A DNA stretch of 64,000 nucleotides from Candidatus Bathyarchaeota archaeon (lineage in GTDB: Archaea > Thermoproteota > Bathyarchaeia > TCS64). The notes under the pieces were generated by a model, which was not told where the DNA came from, did not search any database, and was given only the letters and a program-made list of their open reading frames with translations. Each line of letters begins with the position of its first letter. The first letter of the stretch is position 1. The position numbers and the translations under genes were made by a program. Shown here piece by piece: positions 1 through 10,457 of the stretch. The DNA lies in contig JAOZHO010000037.1 in NCBI GenBank assembly GCA_026014875.1, positions 111,501-175,500 of the forward strand, written 5' to 3'.

Positions 1-308
1 CTCGTGGCAGTTAGGACGATGTGCTCGAAGGCTATCCCCATGTCGTTGAGGCACCAGTTGGGGGACGCGACAGGGTCGGCAAGCCCCACGATCATCGCGG
101 GGGCCTCCGAAGCCCACTTCGATCTCCCGGCGAGTTTCTCGATGGTCTCCTTATCTTCTACGACCACGAAGTGCCATGGCTGACGGTGGGCGGCGGAGGG
201 GGCGATCCTCGCCGCCTCAAGTATCTTCATCAGAGATTCCCGGGGCACCGGGGTTCCCTTGTACTTGCGGATGCTCCGCCTCGTCTTGATTACTTTGTCG
301 AACTCCAT
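1..308 (-). CDS. Nitroreductase family protein (partial, runs off window start)
   Basis: Manual translation from ATG at 308: MEFDKVIKTRRSIRKY...ARIAPSAAHRQPWHFVVV, the nitroreductase FMN-binding motifs; absent from the ORF track. Confidence 0.9.
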   Translation of the reverse strand, partial: MEFDKVIKTRRSIRKYKGTPVPRESLMKILEAARIAPSAAHRQPWHFVVVEDKETIEKLAGRSKWASEAPAMIVGLADPVASPNWCLNDMGIAFEHIVLTAT

Positions 309-387
309 TCAATTCACCTATAGAAGCATACAAGCAACCTTCACGGTTTCATAATATTAGATTAACTGAGTGCTCGGAGAGATGTTT

Positions 388-1713
388 TCAGGGCCAGTGC
401 CACAGAGCTTCCATCTTCAGACGGAGTGATCCACTCTTCTCCCTACCATACCGGACCTTCGGCTTCGAGAGGTGCCTCTGAGCCCTCGGGGGTGGCAGGA
501 ACAGCCCAGTTCCTATCTGACGCTCCAGCTCCTCCGTCGCCTTCTCCATATTGGGGCCCCTGAAGCCGCATCTCCTGCACCTGAATCCCTTCCCCCGCCC
601 CATCGACTCCATGCTTCCGCCGCACTCGGGGCACTTCGGATTCACCTCGCTGAGGTCCCGTGCGAGCCCCAGAACCTCAATCTTCTCCAAGTTGAACGTC
701 GGTCTTTCAGAGGATGCTTCCCCTCTGACCCCCCCGTACGCGCGAACAAGGTCCCCCGGGATAAGCCTCCGCACGACCTCCCGAAAAGAGCCCGAGGGCT
801 CGTAGGCGGCGCAGTCAACTCTCCCCGTCTCGTCCGTGAGGCCGAAGAACACATGTCCCCCCTTGATTGTCTTCGGGGGATCTGATACGAGACCCTCAAG
901 AATTGCAGGGTTATACGGCCTCAACGATGAGACTGGGACATGAGAGCCGAGGTGGGCGTCCGTGCCCTGATTCGTCCTGAAGACCACCCATCGCTCCAAA
1001 GGCTCGGAATCCACCATGAGCCCCGCCACCCTCACCGCCGACGGATCCTCCCCGCGGATCCCAAAGAGAACGGGGTCCGGCCCCTTGGGCGCGATGAGGG
1101 CCCGCCCCGTCTCGGGGTCCACATTGTTGAACGTGGAGCCGCCGGTCTCCTCGTCCATGCGTACCACGGAGTCAGGGTCGACCCGCCGGGGTGTCCCCCA
1201 GTTCCCGGGCAGCCTGTAGGATAGGAACTCGTATGTGTGATCGCCTCTCTGGAGCCCTCCCACTGCGGCCAGTCCCCCGATGATCCCCCTCATGTTCTTG
1301 AAGCCTATCGCCGAAGCATCGTGCCCATCAGCCAGCTTTAGCGCCTCGTCGAGGGACACAACGGTTTTCACGACTCTCTCGGAGAACTCGATGAGGCCTG
1401 TCGGAACCGCCCCCTCCAGGAAGACGACACCAGGATTCGTGTTATCGCACTCAAAGTCTGCGTAGGATTCCACGAGCTCCAGGACACTCCTTAGCACACC
1501 CTCCTCGCGGGATTCATCGATCTCGACCCGGAGGCAGACTGCCCCGTTTCCCCTCGTCTTCCACGGGACGTTGGGATTCAGCCTCAGGAGGTTAGGGTAA
1601 TCGACGAACCGTGCACCGAGACCGCTGAGCGTATCGACGAGCCGTGCGGCGATGTAAGTTGTGCAACCTCCGCTGGGGGAGTCGGTGTCATCGAACCCGA
1701 TGTGGAGGAGCAC
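388..1713 (-). CDS. tiaS: tRNA(Ile2) agmatinylcytidine synthetase
   Basis: IGFDDTDS..GGCTT, LNPNVPWKTRGNGAV, TNQGTD, OB fold, C-terminal CPECG/CRRCG zinc ribbon. Confidence 0.95.
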   Translation of the reverse strand: MLLHIGFDDTDSPSGGCTTYIAARLVDTLSGLGARFVDYPNLLRLNPNVPWKTRGNGAVCLRVEIDESREEGVLRSVLELVESYADFECDNTNPGVVFLEGAVPTGLIEFSERVVKTVVSLDEALKLADGHDASAIGFKNMRGIIGGLAAVGGLQRGDHTYEFLSYRLPGNWGTPRRVDPDSVVRMDEETGGSTFNNVDPETGRALIAPKGPDPVLFGIRGEDPSAVRVAGLMVDSEPLERWVVFRTNQGTDAHLGSHVPVSSLRPYNPAILEGLVSDPPKTIKGGHVFFGLTDETGRVDCAAYEPSGSFREVVRRLIPGDLVRAYGGVRGEASSERPTFNLEKIEVLGLARDLSEVNPKCPECGGSMESMGRGKGFRCRRCGFRGPNMEKATEELERQIGTGLFLPPPRAQRHLSKPKVRYGREKSGSLRLKMEALWHWP

Positions 1714-1809
1714 GGCGTGGAACCCTCTCGAATGGGTGAAACCCCTCCATTAAAAAGGGTGACTGAACCTTGGAAACCTCTATACTCATGCAGATGATCC
1801 TGTTGGGTC

Positions 1810-1855
1810 TATTCTCCGATGAATATCAGGTAATAGAAAAATTCCGAAAAGAATA
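1810..1855. promoter_or_regulatory. Two imperfect palindromes (T/A)ATTC-N6-GAATA, putative operators
   Basis: TATTCtccgatGAATA at 1810-1825 and AATTCcgaaaaGAATA at 1840-1855, 30 bp apart, in the divergent tiaS / HTH-CBS intergenic region. Confidence 0.5.
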
Positions 1856-1883
1856 TATCATGCCTGAACCTAAAATCTAGCCC

Positions 1884-2438
1884 ATGCTCCCCGAAATCGA
1901 CACCATCACCCACAGGCGCAGGGCTCTGGGGCTCACCCAGACCAAGCTCGCCGAGAAGGCCGGAGTGAGCCAGTCCTACATCGCCAAGCTCGAGGCTAGG
2001 AAGATCGAGCCCTCCTACTCCAGGGTGAGGGCGATTCTGGAGGTCCTCGACGGCCTCGAGAGGGGGAAGGAGACGAAGGCGGAGGAGATCATGTCCACGG
2101 AGATCGTGAGCCTCCAGAGAGACGACCTCATCCGGAGGGCCGTGGACCTCATGTGGGAGACGGGATTCTCCCAGCTCCCGGTGATGGACGGCGAGAGACC
2201 CGTGGGGAGCATCACCGAGAGGACAATCATCGACACGATGAGAAACGGGGGCGCCGAGGGCCCCATGGGGGAGAAGCCCATCTCGACCATCATGGACGAC
2301 CCCTTTCCCCAGGTCGGGGAAGAGGCCCCGGTCTCCATCATCGCCGGGCTCCTGAGGATCTACCCGGCGATCCTCGTCCAGAGACGGGAGAAGGTCACGG
2401 GGATCATCACCAAGGCGGACCTCCTGAAAACACTGTGA
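1884..2438 (+). CDS. XRE-type HTH plus CBS-pair transcriptional regulator
   Basis: LGLTQTKLAEKAGVSQSYIAKLE HTH; CBS motifs FSQLPVMD..PVGSIT and GIITKADLL. Confidence 0.9.
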   Translation: MLPEIDTITHRRRALGLTQTKLAEKAGVSQSYIAKLEARKIEPSYSRVRAILEVLDGLERGKETKAEEIMSTEIVSLQRDDLIRRAVDLMWETGFSQLPVMDGERPVGSITERTIIDTMRNGGAEGPMGEKPISTIMDDPFPQVGEEAPVSIIAGLLRIYPAILVQRREKVTGIITKADLLKTL

Positions 2439-2581
2439 ATGCGCCAGCTAACTCTGCATGCATCTGGATTCTATCTTTCAAATATTAATCGAGGTTGAGA
2501 ACAAGGCATAAGGCCTTCAAACATAGAAAAACATCCAGTCTAATCGTCAAGAAAATAAAAACGGTTAGATCGGATTAGAGA

Positions 2582-2809
2582 CTAGACGACGATCATCGTC
2601 AGAGTCGAGCGGACCTTGTCCAGGCGCCGGACCTTCCAGCTGATGGTGTCCTTGAGGTCCTGCATCGTCTCGGTCCCGATCCTAGCGATGATGTCGTAAA
2701 CACCGTAGACCATGTGGGCCTCTTTGACCTCGGGGATCGCCTTTAGATCCTTGAGCACCTCGGTCTCAGAGCCGATCTCGGCGTTTATAAGAACAAAAGC
2801 AGTCGCCAT
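2582..2809 (-). CDS. Stand-alone Lrp/AsnC ligand-binding (RAM) domain protein
   Basis: AFVLIN...EAHMVYGVYDIIARI...VRSTLTMIV; no HTH. Confidence 0.9.
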   Translation of the reverse strand: MATAFVLINAEIGSETEVLKDLKAIPEVKEAHMVYGVYDIIARIGTETMQDLKDTISWKVRRLDKVRSTLTMIVV

Positions 2810-3015
2810 TAAGTTACCTCGAACATTTTAATCTGACAGGGATACTTAACGTTTGCTAGCATCGAAGTGAAGCGAAGCTCTCCGTCTTTTTCCGGGTAAA
2901 AACGCCGCTATCGTTCCTTTTATGGAGTCATTTCGAACACCGCGGTGATATCGACGGTCAGGGCCCTGCGCGACTCTTAAGAACCTACTAGGCTTTGTGA
3001 GAGGCGAGAAAGTCA

Positions 3016-4536
3016 ATGCTCCTCGACGAAACGCTTACCGCTCGAGAGATGCGGGCCGTGGAGAGGAACTCAGAGTACCTCGGGGTCTCCAAGCTCCAGC
3101 TCATGGAGAACGCAGGGAGGGCGGTCGCCGCCGCAGTCATGGAGCGCTTCGGGAGGAAATCTAGCGTCGTTATCGTCTGCGGCCCCGGGGGAAACGGAGG
3201 CGACGGGTTCGTTGCTGCACGGCATCTCGCAGGCGCGGGATACACACCCAGAGTCATCCTCCTCGGCCAACCCAAAAACATCGGCTCCCCGGAGGCTCGA
3301 GCCAACTGGCAGGCGCTCAAGGGGATGAGCGAAACCATCCTCATAACCCCGCTCAGAGACTCCGCGGAGATTGAGCCCCTCAACGGCGATGTCGTGGTCG
3401 ACGCACTGATCGGGACCGGAGTCATGGGAGCACTGACACCCCCTTACAGGGAAATGGTTGACTCCATCGAGGCATCACATGGTTATACGATCGCCGTGGA
3501 CATCCCCACGGGTATCGACGCAGACACGGGAGAAGCCGCAGGTAACGCAGTCAAAGCGGATCTGACCATCACATTCCACAAGGAGAAGAAGGGACTCAGG
3601 GGCGCCCAGAACCACACGGGAGAACTCGAGACGGCCCCCATCGGAATCCCCCCAGAGGCCGAACGCTATGCGGGGCCCGGAGATGTCTTCATCGCTTCGA
3701 AAAAACGTTCTCCTGACGCCCACAAAGGGGATCACGGCCGCCTCCTCGTGATCGGAGGGAGCGAGACCTACTCCGGAGCCCCAGCACTAGCAGCAATGGC
3801 TGCGTACGCGACCGGAGTCGACATCGTCTACGTCGCAGCCCCCGAGTCCGTTGCGTCTGTAATAGCCGGCTTCTCCCCGAGCCTCATCACCGTTAAGCTG
3901 AAGGGATCGAGACTCACCTCTAGAAACGCCGAGAAACTGAGTGCCCTTCACGGGAAAATCGACGCAGCGGTCATCGGCCCGGGCCTGGGGCTCCACCCAG
4001 AAACCCGGGAAGCCGTGATGGAGATAGTCGAGGAGTTCGAGAGACAGAAAACTCCCGTCCTCATCGATGCAGACGCTTTGAAGAGCTACCCAGCTAGGAG
4101 AGAGATAGCGACCGGCGCTGTCTTCACCCCCCACTCCCGGGAATTCGAGATCTTGACCGGGAAGCCCCCATCGGGGACACTCCAGGAGAGGGGAGAGACG
4201 GTCAAGAAGGAAGCGGCAAGGTTGGGAGCCACGATACTCCTCAAAGGGAACATCGACATCGTGAGCGATGGATCACGCACGCGATTCAATCGGACGGGCA
4301 ACCCCGGCATGACCGTCGGGGGAACGGGCGATGTCCTCTCCGGGATCACGGGTGCATTCCTAGCCCAGGGAATAATGCCTCTTCAATCAGCGGTCGCCGC
4401 TGCGTTCATCAATGGAGTGGCGGGGGACATGGTCGTCAGCGAAAAAGGTTACCACATAGAGCCCGGAGACCTGATAGGGAAAATTCCGTATGCCATCGAG
4501 GACGCGCTCCAGGGGCGTCTCAGAGCGTCCGAATGA
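3016..4536 (+). CDS. nnr: Bifunctional NAD(P)H-hydrate epimerase/dehydratase
   Basis: LMENAG, GPGGNGGDG, VDALIGTG, DIPTG (YjeF_N); HKGDHG, IDADAL, TPHSREF, GGTGDVLSG (YjeF_C). Confidence 0.95.
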   Translation: MLLDETLTAREMRAVERNSEYLGVSKLQLMENAGRAVAAAVMERFGRKSSVVIVCGPGGNGGDGFVAARHLAGAGYTPRVILLGQPKNIGSPEARANWQALKGMSETILITPLRDSAEIEPLNGDVVVDALIGTGVMGALTPPYREMVDSIEASHGYTIAVDIPTGIDADTGEAAGNAVKADLTITFHKEKKGLRGAQNHTGELETAPIGIPPEAERYAGPGDVFIASKKRSPDAHKGDHGRLLVIGGSETYSGAPALAAMAAYATGVDIVYVAAPESVASVIAGFSPSLITVKLKGSRLTSRNAEKLSALHGKIDAAVIGPGLGLHPETREAVMEIVEEFERQKTPVLIDADALKSYPARREIATGAVFTPHSREFEILTGKPPSGTLQERGETVKKEAARLGATILLKGNIDIVSDGSRTRFNRTGNPGMTVGGTGDVLSGITGAFLAQGIMPLQSAVAAAFINGVAGDMVVSEKGYHIEPGDLIGKIPYAIEDALQGRLRASE

Positions 4537-4681
4537 TCTGGGAACGTTTGTGTTCGCGTGTTCTTGTTTTAAATCTAAATCGTCGTTGGTTACAGCGGAA
4601 CGGAACATCAGCGCTCATGACTGTTAAACGGGGATACCGTGTATCGATATAGATTCGAAGATAGCTGAATCCGTTTTAATT

Positions 4682-4981
4682 TCAGTAGGCGATCCTTGGA
4701 GCCACCTCTAATTCCAGAAGAGCACTTGCCTTGGCGAAGTAGCCGAGGACGTTCTCCCCTTTCTGGGTGAGATCGTAGCAGACGCTCGTTCTCTTATCTT
4801 TCGGATTCACTGGCTCGATTTCCATTACAAGGTTCTGATGGATCAGCGAGTGTAAGACTCTCTGTAGGGGCTTCCAGGATAGGTTTGCGCCGTACATGAT
4901 CCGAGTCGGCTTCTTGACCCCATTACGGATAGTGTACAGAACGTCCAGGTGGACTTCAAGCCTCGACCGCCTCTGCTTCAA
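4682..4981 (-). CDS. Small archaeal winged-helix DNA-binding protein
   Basis: RRSRLEV..D.L..I....KKPTRIMYGANLSW...YDLTQKG pattern of archaeal wHTH proteins. Confidence 0.8.
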   Translation of the reverse strand: MKQRRSRLEVHLDVLYTIRNGVKKPTRIMYGANLSWKPLQRVLHSLIHQNLVMEIEPVNPKDKRTSVCYDLTQKGENVLGYFAKASALLELEVAPRIAY

Positions 4982-5453
4982 GGGGTGCCCCCCAAGTCTG
5001 ATTCATTCATCCATTTTTTTCTCCTGTTCTCCGCCTCTACAGCGAGCATTCAAGATTTGTGGGATCTCGAGAGGTGTGTTACTTTACAATAAATCTGTAA
5101 TTTAAGTATTTCTAGTAAGTAAAACAAATTCGTATTAGAGAACTGCCTAATATCCTTCGAAATCAATTTAATTTGCACCTGCCGAAGTTTGTTCCGGATT
5201 CAGCCGTTCGAACTTGTATATTGAGGATACTTCTGTTACACCATCTCGGAATGGCGGAGCCCTCGAGAAACCAAGCTTCATACCCCTGAAACAACCCTGC
5301 CAGCACAAACCTGTCCCATTCCCGAGGGGCACGATATCATTTATTTATAATTGTGGATTTCAGATACATGATCTCCTCCGAAATCTGGGGCGTGAGTTCA
5401 CGTCGATGCCGCCTGCACCCGGCTAATAGGAACCACCCGGGATGTTCTCCCAC

Positions 5454-5744
5454 ATGGAGCCCCCGGGGATCGATCACGTCCACTTCTCGTGATAGACCTT
5501 ATGAAAACTATTGAATTCTAATTGCCCTGAGGATGATTATCACCGAGAATGGACCACGGAGGAGAATCGGCCCAGATGGCGAGCGAGGACGGGGAACAGA
5601 TAGTGGACCTTCACCAAGCGCGAACTTGTGGACAGGGGATTAACAGCGGATAGGCCTGTCTATGTAGAGGCAATCAAGAGGAAGCTCGCCACAATCCGGG
5701 ATCCCAACGGAATTCTCGTTCAACCGGCGGAAATCAACGACTGA
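5454..5744 (+). pseudogene. Degraded VOC/glyoxalase family gene
   Basis: Fragments in shifting frames: MEPPGIDHVHF / VIDLMKTIEF* / ELVDRGL...LATIRDPNGILVQ; frameshifts and stops. Confidence 0.6.
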
Positions 5745-6138
5745 CAGATGGATTATCGAAAAATAAACCGGGGGTTTATGTTGTCAATTAATCTAAGCGG
5801 CACAAAGAACAAGGTCAAGCGTAAACATACTTTAAACTACACCCATCAAGAACGCTCTCCTTTTCTCCGATTTTATACCTCCATTGAGTGAAAGGAGCCC
5901 AAAAAAAGTTGTTTAGAACCCCTACTATAGATTTGGAGGGAGCGTGAAGCCTAAAAAGACGATAAACACATATAAAGAAGCCTTCGCATAAACTTGGTGA
6001 TTCCGAAGGGGTTTTATGAAATCTGCCGAACTGCCTGAGATAACCATTGCCAAAGCTCCTTCGTAGAGTGTAACTAGAGTAGCGAAACGCGGGTTCCCAG
6101 ATGGAACCCCCAAGCTAGCAGAGGAAGGGAGCAACGGC

Positions 6139-7059
6139 TTGATCAAAAGTGAGAAAATCACGGGTTGCCCAGAGTGCGGCAGCAACGATCTGATCCGGGA
6201 CTACGAGGCGGGGGAGCTAGTCTGCGAGGGTTGTGGCATGGTCGTCTCATCCGAACTCTTCGACCACGGCCCAGAGTGGAGAGCCTTCAACCTCGAGCAA
6301 CGGGAGAAAAGGACCAGGGTGGGCGCACCCCTAACATGGACGATCCACGACAAGGGCCTCTCCACCATCATCGACTGGACCGGAAGGGACATCTACGGCC
6401 GGGGCCTCAGGCCCGAGCAGAGGGCTCAGGCGTACCGCCTCAGGAAGTGGAACCGCCGGTCCAAGGTATCGGGGGCCAGCGAGAGGAACCTCGCGTACGC
6501 CCTCTCAGAGCTAACCAAGATAGCGTACAAGCTCAATCTCCCCAAGAACGTCCTCGAGACCGCCTCGGTGATCTACCGCCAGGTCGTCAGGAAACGGCTC
6601 ATCAGAGGCCGCTCCATCCAGGGAGTGGCTGCCGCCTCGATCTACATGGCGTGTCGTCAATGCAATATCATCCGCACCCTTGAGGAGGTGGGAAAAGCCG
6701 CGAACATCACGAAGAAAGAGAGTGGCCGAAACTACAGATTCCTCCTCCGAAAGCTCGAGACCCGAGTTCCCCCGGTCGAGGCGAAGAGCTACGTCTCCAA
6801 ATTCGTGAACCAACTCACGCTCTCGGGGAACGTCGAGAACCTCGCGATGCAGATCTTGGAACAGGCTGTGGCGATGAGGCTCACGAGTGGTAGAGGGCCG
6901 GCGGGGATCGCAGCCGCCGCAACCTATATTGCCAGTCTACTTACAAACGAGCGCCGCACCCAGGGCGAGATCGCCAGGGGCGCCCAGGTCACAGAGGTCA
7001 CCATCAGGAACAGGTACAAGGAGCTCACCCAAAAGCTCTCAATCGAGATGGACCTCTAA
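6139..7059 (+). CDS. tfb: Transcription initiation factor IIB
   Basis: CPECG..CEGCG zinc ribbon, GPEWRAF B-reader, HDKGLST, two cyclin repeats, VTEVTIRNRYKEL. Confidence 0.97.
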   Translation: MIKSEKITGCPECGSNDLIRDYEAGELVCEGCGMVVSSELFDHGPEWRAFNLEQREKRTRVGAPLTWTIHDKGLSTIIDWTGRDIYGRGLRPEQRAQAYRLRKWNRRSKVSGASERNLAYALSELTKIAYKLNLPKNVLETASVIYRQVVRKRLIRGRSIQGVAAASIYMACRQCNIIRTLEEVGKAANITKKESGRNYRFLLRKLETRVPPVEAKSYVSKFVNQLTLSGNVENLAMQILEQAVAMRLTSGRGPAGIAAAATYIASLLTNERRTQGEIARGAQVTEVTIRNRYKELTQKLSIEMDL

Positions 7060-7081
7060 GAAACAGTTTAAAAAAAAGGGT

Positions 7082-8428
7082 TTAGGCCAAATGGCCTTGA
7101 GCTACCATCGCGTCGGCGATTTTGAGGAAGCCTGCGATGTTCGCGCCCAGCACGTAGTTCCCAGGTTGACCGAAGAGCTTGGCCGTCTCGTACGCAGTGG
7201 AGTGGATGTTCACCATGATCTGGTGGAGCTTTTGATCGACCTCTTCTGCGCTCCAGAAGTACCGCTGGCTGTTCTGGGCCATCTCCAATCCCGAGGTTGA
7301 GACGCCGCCTGCGTTGGATGCCTTTCCCGGTGAGAAGAGAATCTTGTTCTCCACGAAGATGATGATGCCCTCCAGGGTCGTCGGCATATTGGCACCCTCG
7401 CCAACGGCTAGGACGCCATTGTCAACCAGAGTCTGAGCTTCTTCACCGTTCAGCTCGTTCTGTGTTGCGCAGGGCAATGCGACGTCACACTTGTAGACCC
7501 AGGGCTTGCCCCCCTTGGTGTATTCGACATTGAACCGTTCAGCGAACTCTTTGATGCGCCCCCTACGGACGTTCTTGAGCTCCATGATCCAGTCCCAATG
7601 CTCCTTGGTTAAACCGTCCGGGACATAGATGCATCCGTTGGAGTCGCTCATGGTGATCACCTTCGCCCCCAACTGGAGGCTCTTTTCGACGGCATACTGG
7701 GCTACGTTGCCCGAGCCGGAGACGGCGACGACCTTGCCTTTCAACTCCTCGCCCTTGGTCTTGAGCATCTCCTCACAGAAGTATACATTGCCGTATCCCG
7801 TAGCCTGAGGTCGGATGAGCGATCCACCGTATCTGGGGCCTTTCCCTGTGAGGACACCCGTCCCGTGAACATTTGTTATCTTCCTGAAAGCCCCGTACAT
7901 GTAGCCAATTTCACGTGCGCCAACGCCGATATCACCGGCGGGGACATCGACGAATTGGCCGATGTGGCGGTACATCTCCATCATGAAGCTAGTACAGAAA
8001 CTTTCGACCTCGGAGTCAGTCTTACCTTTCGGATCGAAGTCTGAACCGCCCTTCCCTCCGCCCATGGGGAGTCCGGTCAGGCTGTTCTTGAAGGTCTGCT
8101 CGAAACCCAAGAACTTTAGGAGACCTAGCACGACGGTGGGATGGAACCTGAAACCCCCCTTGTAGGGACCTATAGCGGAGTTGTACTGGATTCTGAAGCC
8201 CCGGTTGAGTTGGATCTCGCCGTCTCTGTCTTTCCAGGGGACACGAAACTGAACGATTCTCTCGGGCTCGACGATTCTCTCTAGAATCTTGTGCTCCTTG
8301 TATATTGGGAATTTCTCGACTGCGGGTGCGATGTTCTCGAGAACCTCGAAGACGGCCTGATGGAAGACCTTCTGCGCGGGGTCTTTCTCGACGACGCTGT
8401 TGTAAACACGCATTACATAGCTATCCAC
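7082..8428 (-). CDS. gdhA: Glutamate dehydrogenase (NADP-type)
   Basis: GPYKGG, LPMGGGKGGSDFDP, DVPAGDIGVG, GSGNVAQY, GKASNAGGV. Confidence 0.95.
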   Translation of the reverse strand: MDSYVMRVYNSVVEKDPAQKVFHQAVFEVLENIAPAVEKFPIYKEHKILERIVEPERIVQFRVPWKDRDGEIQLNRGFRIQYNSAIGPYKGGFRFHPTVVLGLLKFLGFEQTFKNSLTGLPMGGGKGGSDFDPKGKTDSEVESFCTSFMMEMYRHIGQFVDVPAGDIGVGAREIGYMYGAFRKITNVHGTGVLTGKGPRYGGSLIRPQATGYGNVYFCEEMLKTKGEELKGKVVAVSGSGNVAQYAVEKSLQLGAKVITMSDSNGCIYVPDGLTKEHWDWIMELKNVRRGRIKEFAERFNVEYTKGGKPWVYKCDVALPCATQNELNGEEAQTLVDNGVLAVGEGANMPTTLEGIIIFVENKILFSPGKASNAGGVSTSGLEMAQNSQRYFWSAEEVDQKLHQIMVNIHSTAYETAKLFGQPGNYVLGANIAGFLKIADAMVAQGHLA

Positions 8429-8764
8429 ATTACTTCACCTTGTAGATCGGTTAGGAGTTCTTTGATCAATAATATATATTTTTTCCGATTTGGTAAAATT
8501 GAGTATATACTATATTTAGTAGTCATAAAACAATAACGCCAATAACATTAAAGAAAATAGATTATGTCCGGAAAAACACATTTTCTTAGACATAATGAGT
8601 TAGATCATTCAATGCCAAAGGTTACTCTTCTCTAGGTGTGCATCCCCTGTCGAGAGGGAGGATATTGAACATAATTTCCAGGGAAGCTCTAAAAAAACCT
8701 AGACTCTAACTGAAAACCTCATGGATAAATGGAAAGTGGTTTATTCTGGTTGAAAGGATGAGCA

Positions 8765-9157
8765 TCAGAGTCGTTCAGATTTTCCGCAGAGAAATTCAAT
8801 GATCTTATCGATGTCCCCAGAGAGTTCGACCTGAATTGGGCCCGTAGGGGAAGCCCCCGACTGAAAAAAGGAGGCGCGACCCGCGTAAGCCGCCTCCTTG
8901 TTCAGACCAAATGATAGACGCTCATCGACCGCCGCTCCGGTCAACAGGGATAAGGCAGCGTCTCTTATCCTCATCCGGGTGAGGAGGTCTCTGAGGGGGA
9001 GGAGGTCATCCATCTTCTCGAGCCTCCCCTCAAGAACAGTGATGTGTCCCCGATCCGATTCGTGGAGCTCGATCTCACCCATCACAGTCTGAACGGCTTT
9101 CACCACCTTTTCGATGCTCTCGGTGGGATGCACTTCGACCCTGACTAGTCCTTCCAT
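8765..9157 (-). CDS. UPF0201-like putative RNA-binding protein
   Basis: VHPTES.EKV..A, RIRDAA, LNKEAAYAG; usual neighbour of the archaeal UPF0200 kinase. Confidence 0.75.
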   Translation of the reverse strand: MEGLVRVEVHPTESIEKVVKAVQTVMGEIELHESDRGHITVLEGRLEKMDDLLPLRDLLTRMRIRDAALSLLTGAAVDERLSFGLNKEAAYAGRASFFQSGASPTGPIQVELSGDIDKIIEFLCGKSERL

Positions 9158-9161
9158 TACG

Positions 9162-9710
9162 TTAAAACCAGCCTATAAGAGTCAGAAGATTCTCGAACTC
9201 ATTCTCAAAGTCCTCGTGACCCCCGTCGTTACGTACGATGTAATCGGCCAGAGCGATAGCGTGGCCGAGGCTGAAGCTGAGCTCCCGGTCATCCCTGGTC
9301 TTGAAGGTGACAAAATCCGTGGGGTCGTCGCTTCTCCCCCTCGCAGTGAGGCGGGCGTACCGTGTCTTCTGAGAGGCGAAGACGGCCACCGAGGCGACCT
9401 CGAACCTTTCACCGAATACATCCACTTCTCTGATGCTCCTGATCCCATCCACGAGAACTATCTCATCGGGCATGTCGTCGATCTTCTCGACGCACAGTTT
9501 GGCCACGGCATCGTCTCCTCCCTCTTTCCTGATCCCTGTGGCGAGGCGTCCCAGATTCTCCGGGGTAGGGGGAAGGCCCTTTTCCCGGGCGAGGCCCCGG
9601 ATAACGTCTCCCATGGTCACAGCGGCGACCCCTCGAACCCTGAATTTATTGGCGAGAGTCGTCTTCCCCGATCCCGACATGCCGGTGATTAAAATCAGCT
9701 TCTTAGCCAT
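9162..9710 (-). CDS. P-loop nucleotide kinase (UPF0200 / dephospho-CoA kinase-like)
   Basis: ITGMSGSGKT Walker A, MGDVIR, VDGIRS, RGRSDDP, RDDREL. Confidence 0.85.
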   Translation of the reverse strand: MAKKLILITGMSGSGKTTLANKFRVRGVAAVTMGDVIRGLAREKGLPPTPENLGRLATGIRKEGGDDAVAKLCVEKIDDMPDEIVLVDGIRSIREVDVFGERFEVASVAVFASQKTRYARLTARGRSDDPTDFVTFKTRDDRELSFSLGHAIALADYIVRNDGGHEDFENEFENLLTLIGWF

Positions 9711-9713
9711 CGT

Positions 9714-10457
9714 TCATCTAATCCTTTCAAGGCCCGATATCCGGGTCTTTATGTAGACATTCTTGATCCCTGCCTCGGACGCGACCCCGGCCAGTTCTAT
9801 CAGCTTTTCCTTGGTTGGAGGCGTCTTGGATTTCAAGTCCGGGCAGAGGACTTCGCCCATGTTGTCGAACTGCTGGAGGACATACAGATCGCACAAGTCT
9901 CTAATGTCTTCTGCGATAGCCTTTATGAGCCCGGGTTCGTCTGAGAGCCCCGGGGCTACGGTGGTCCTCGCTTCCAGCTCCACCCCCTGTTCCCTGCAGA
10001 TCTCCATAGTCCGTTTAACCATAGCAGGGATATTCCCGGCCTCCCCTCCCAGGAACGGCGCATAGAATTCAGGGGTTAAAGGGGCTTTAACGTCAAGGGC
10101 GACCCTGTCGATTAAGCCCTCATTCAGCAGTTCCTCGACCACATCGGGACGGCTTCCGTTTGTGTTGAGCATAACCTTGAGCCCCTTTTCTCTGGCGAGG
10201 CGACAGGCCATCCTTATTCCCTCGGGCTGGAGCAAGGGCTCCCCCCCTGAGACGACGATTGAGTCAAGGAGATTCTTTTCCGTCTCCAGGCGCTTTCTCA
10301 GGTATTCGGGACCCACCGTTTCTCCGGAGTCTAGGGGGATCAGGCCCGCGTTCTGGCAGTAGGGGCAACGGAAGTTGCACCCGGCGAAGAAGACCACGAG
10401 GGAGACGTTTCCGTACCAGTCGATAGTCGACATGTCGACGACTCCGCCCAGCCTCAT
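9714..10457 (-). CDS. Radical SAM anaerobic ribonucleotide reductase activating protein
   Basis: STIDWYG, GCNFRCPYCQN (CxxxCxxC), SGGEPLLQ, TNGS, DVKAP, RTTV. Confidence 0.88.
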   Translation of the reverse strand: MRLGGVVDMSTIDWYGNVSLVVFFAGCNFRCPYCQNAGLIPLDSGETVGPEYLRKRLETEKNLLDSIVVSGGEPLLQPEGIRMACRLAREKGLKVMLNTNGSRPDVVEELLNEGLIDRVALDVKAPLTPEFYAPFLGGEAGNIPAMVKRTMEICREQGVELEARTTVAPGLSDEPGLIKAIAEDIRDLCDLYVLQQFDNMGEVLCPDLKSKTPPTKEKLIELAGVASEAGIKNVYIKTRISGLERIR

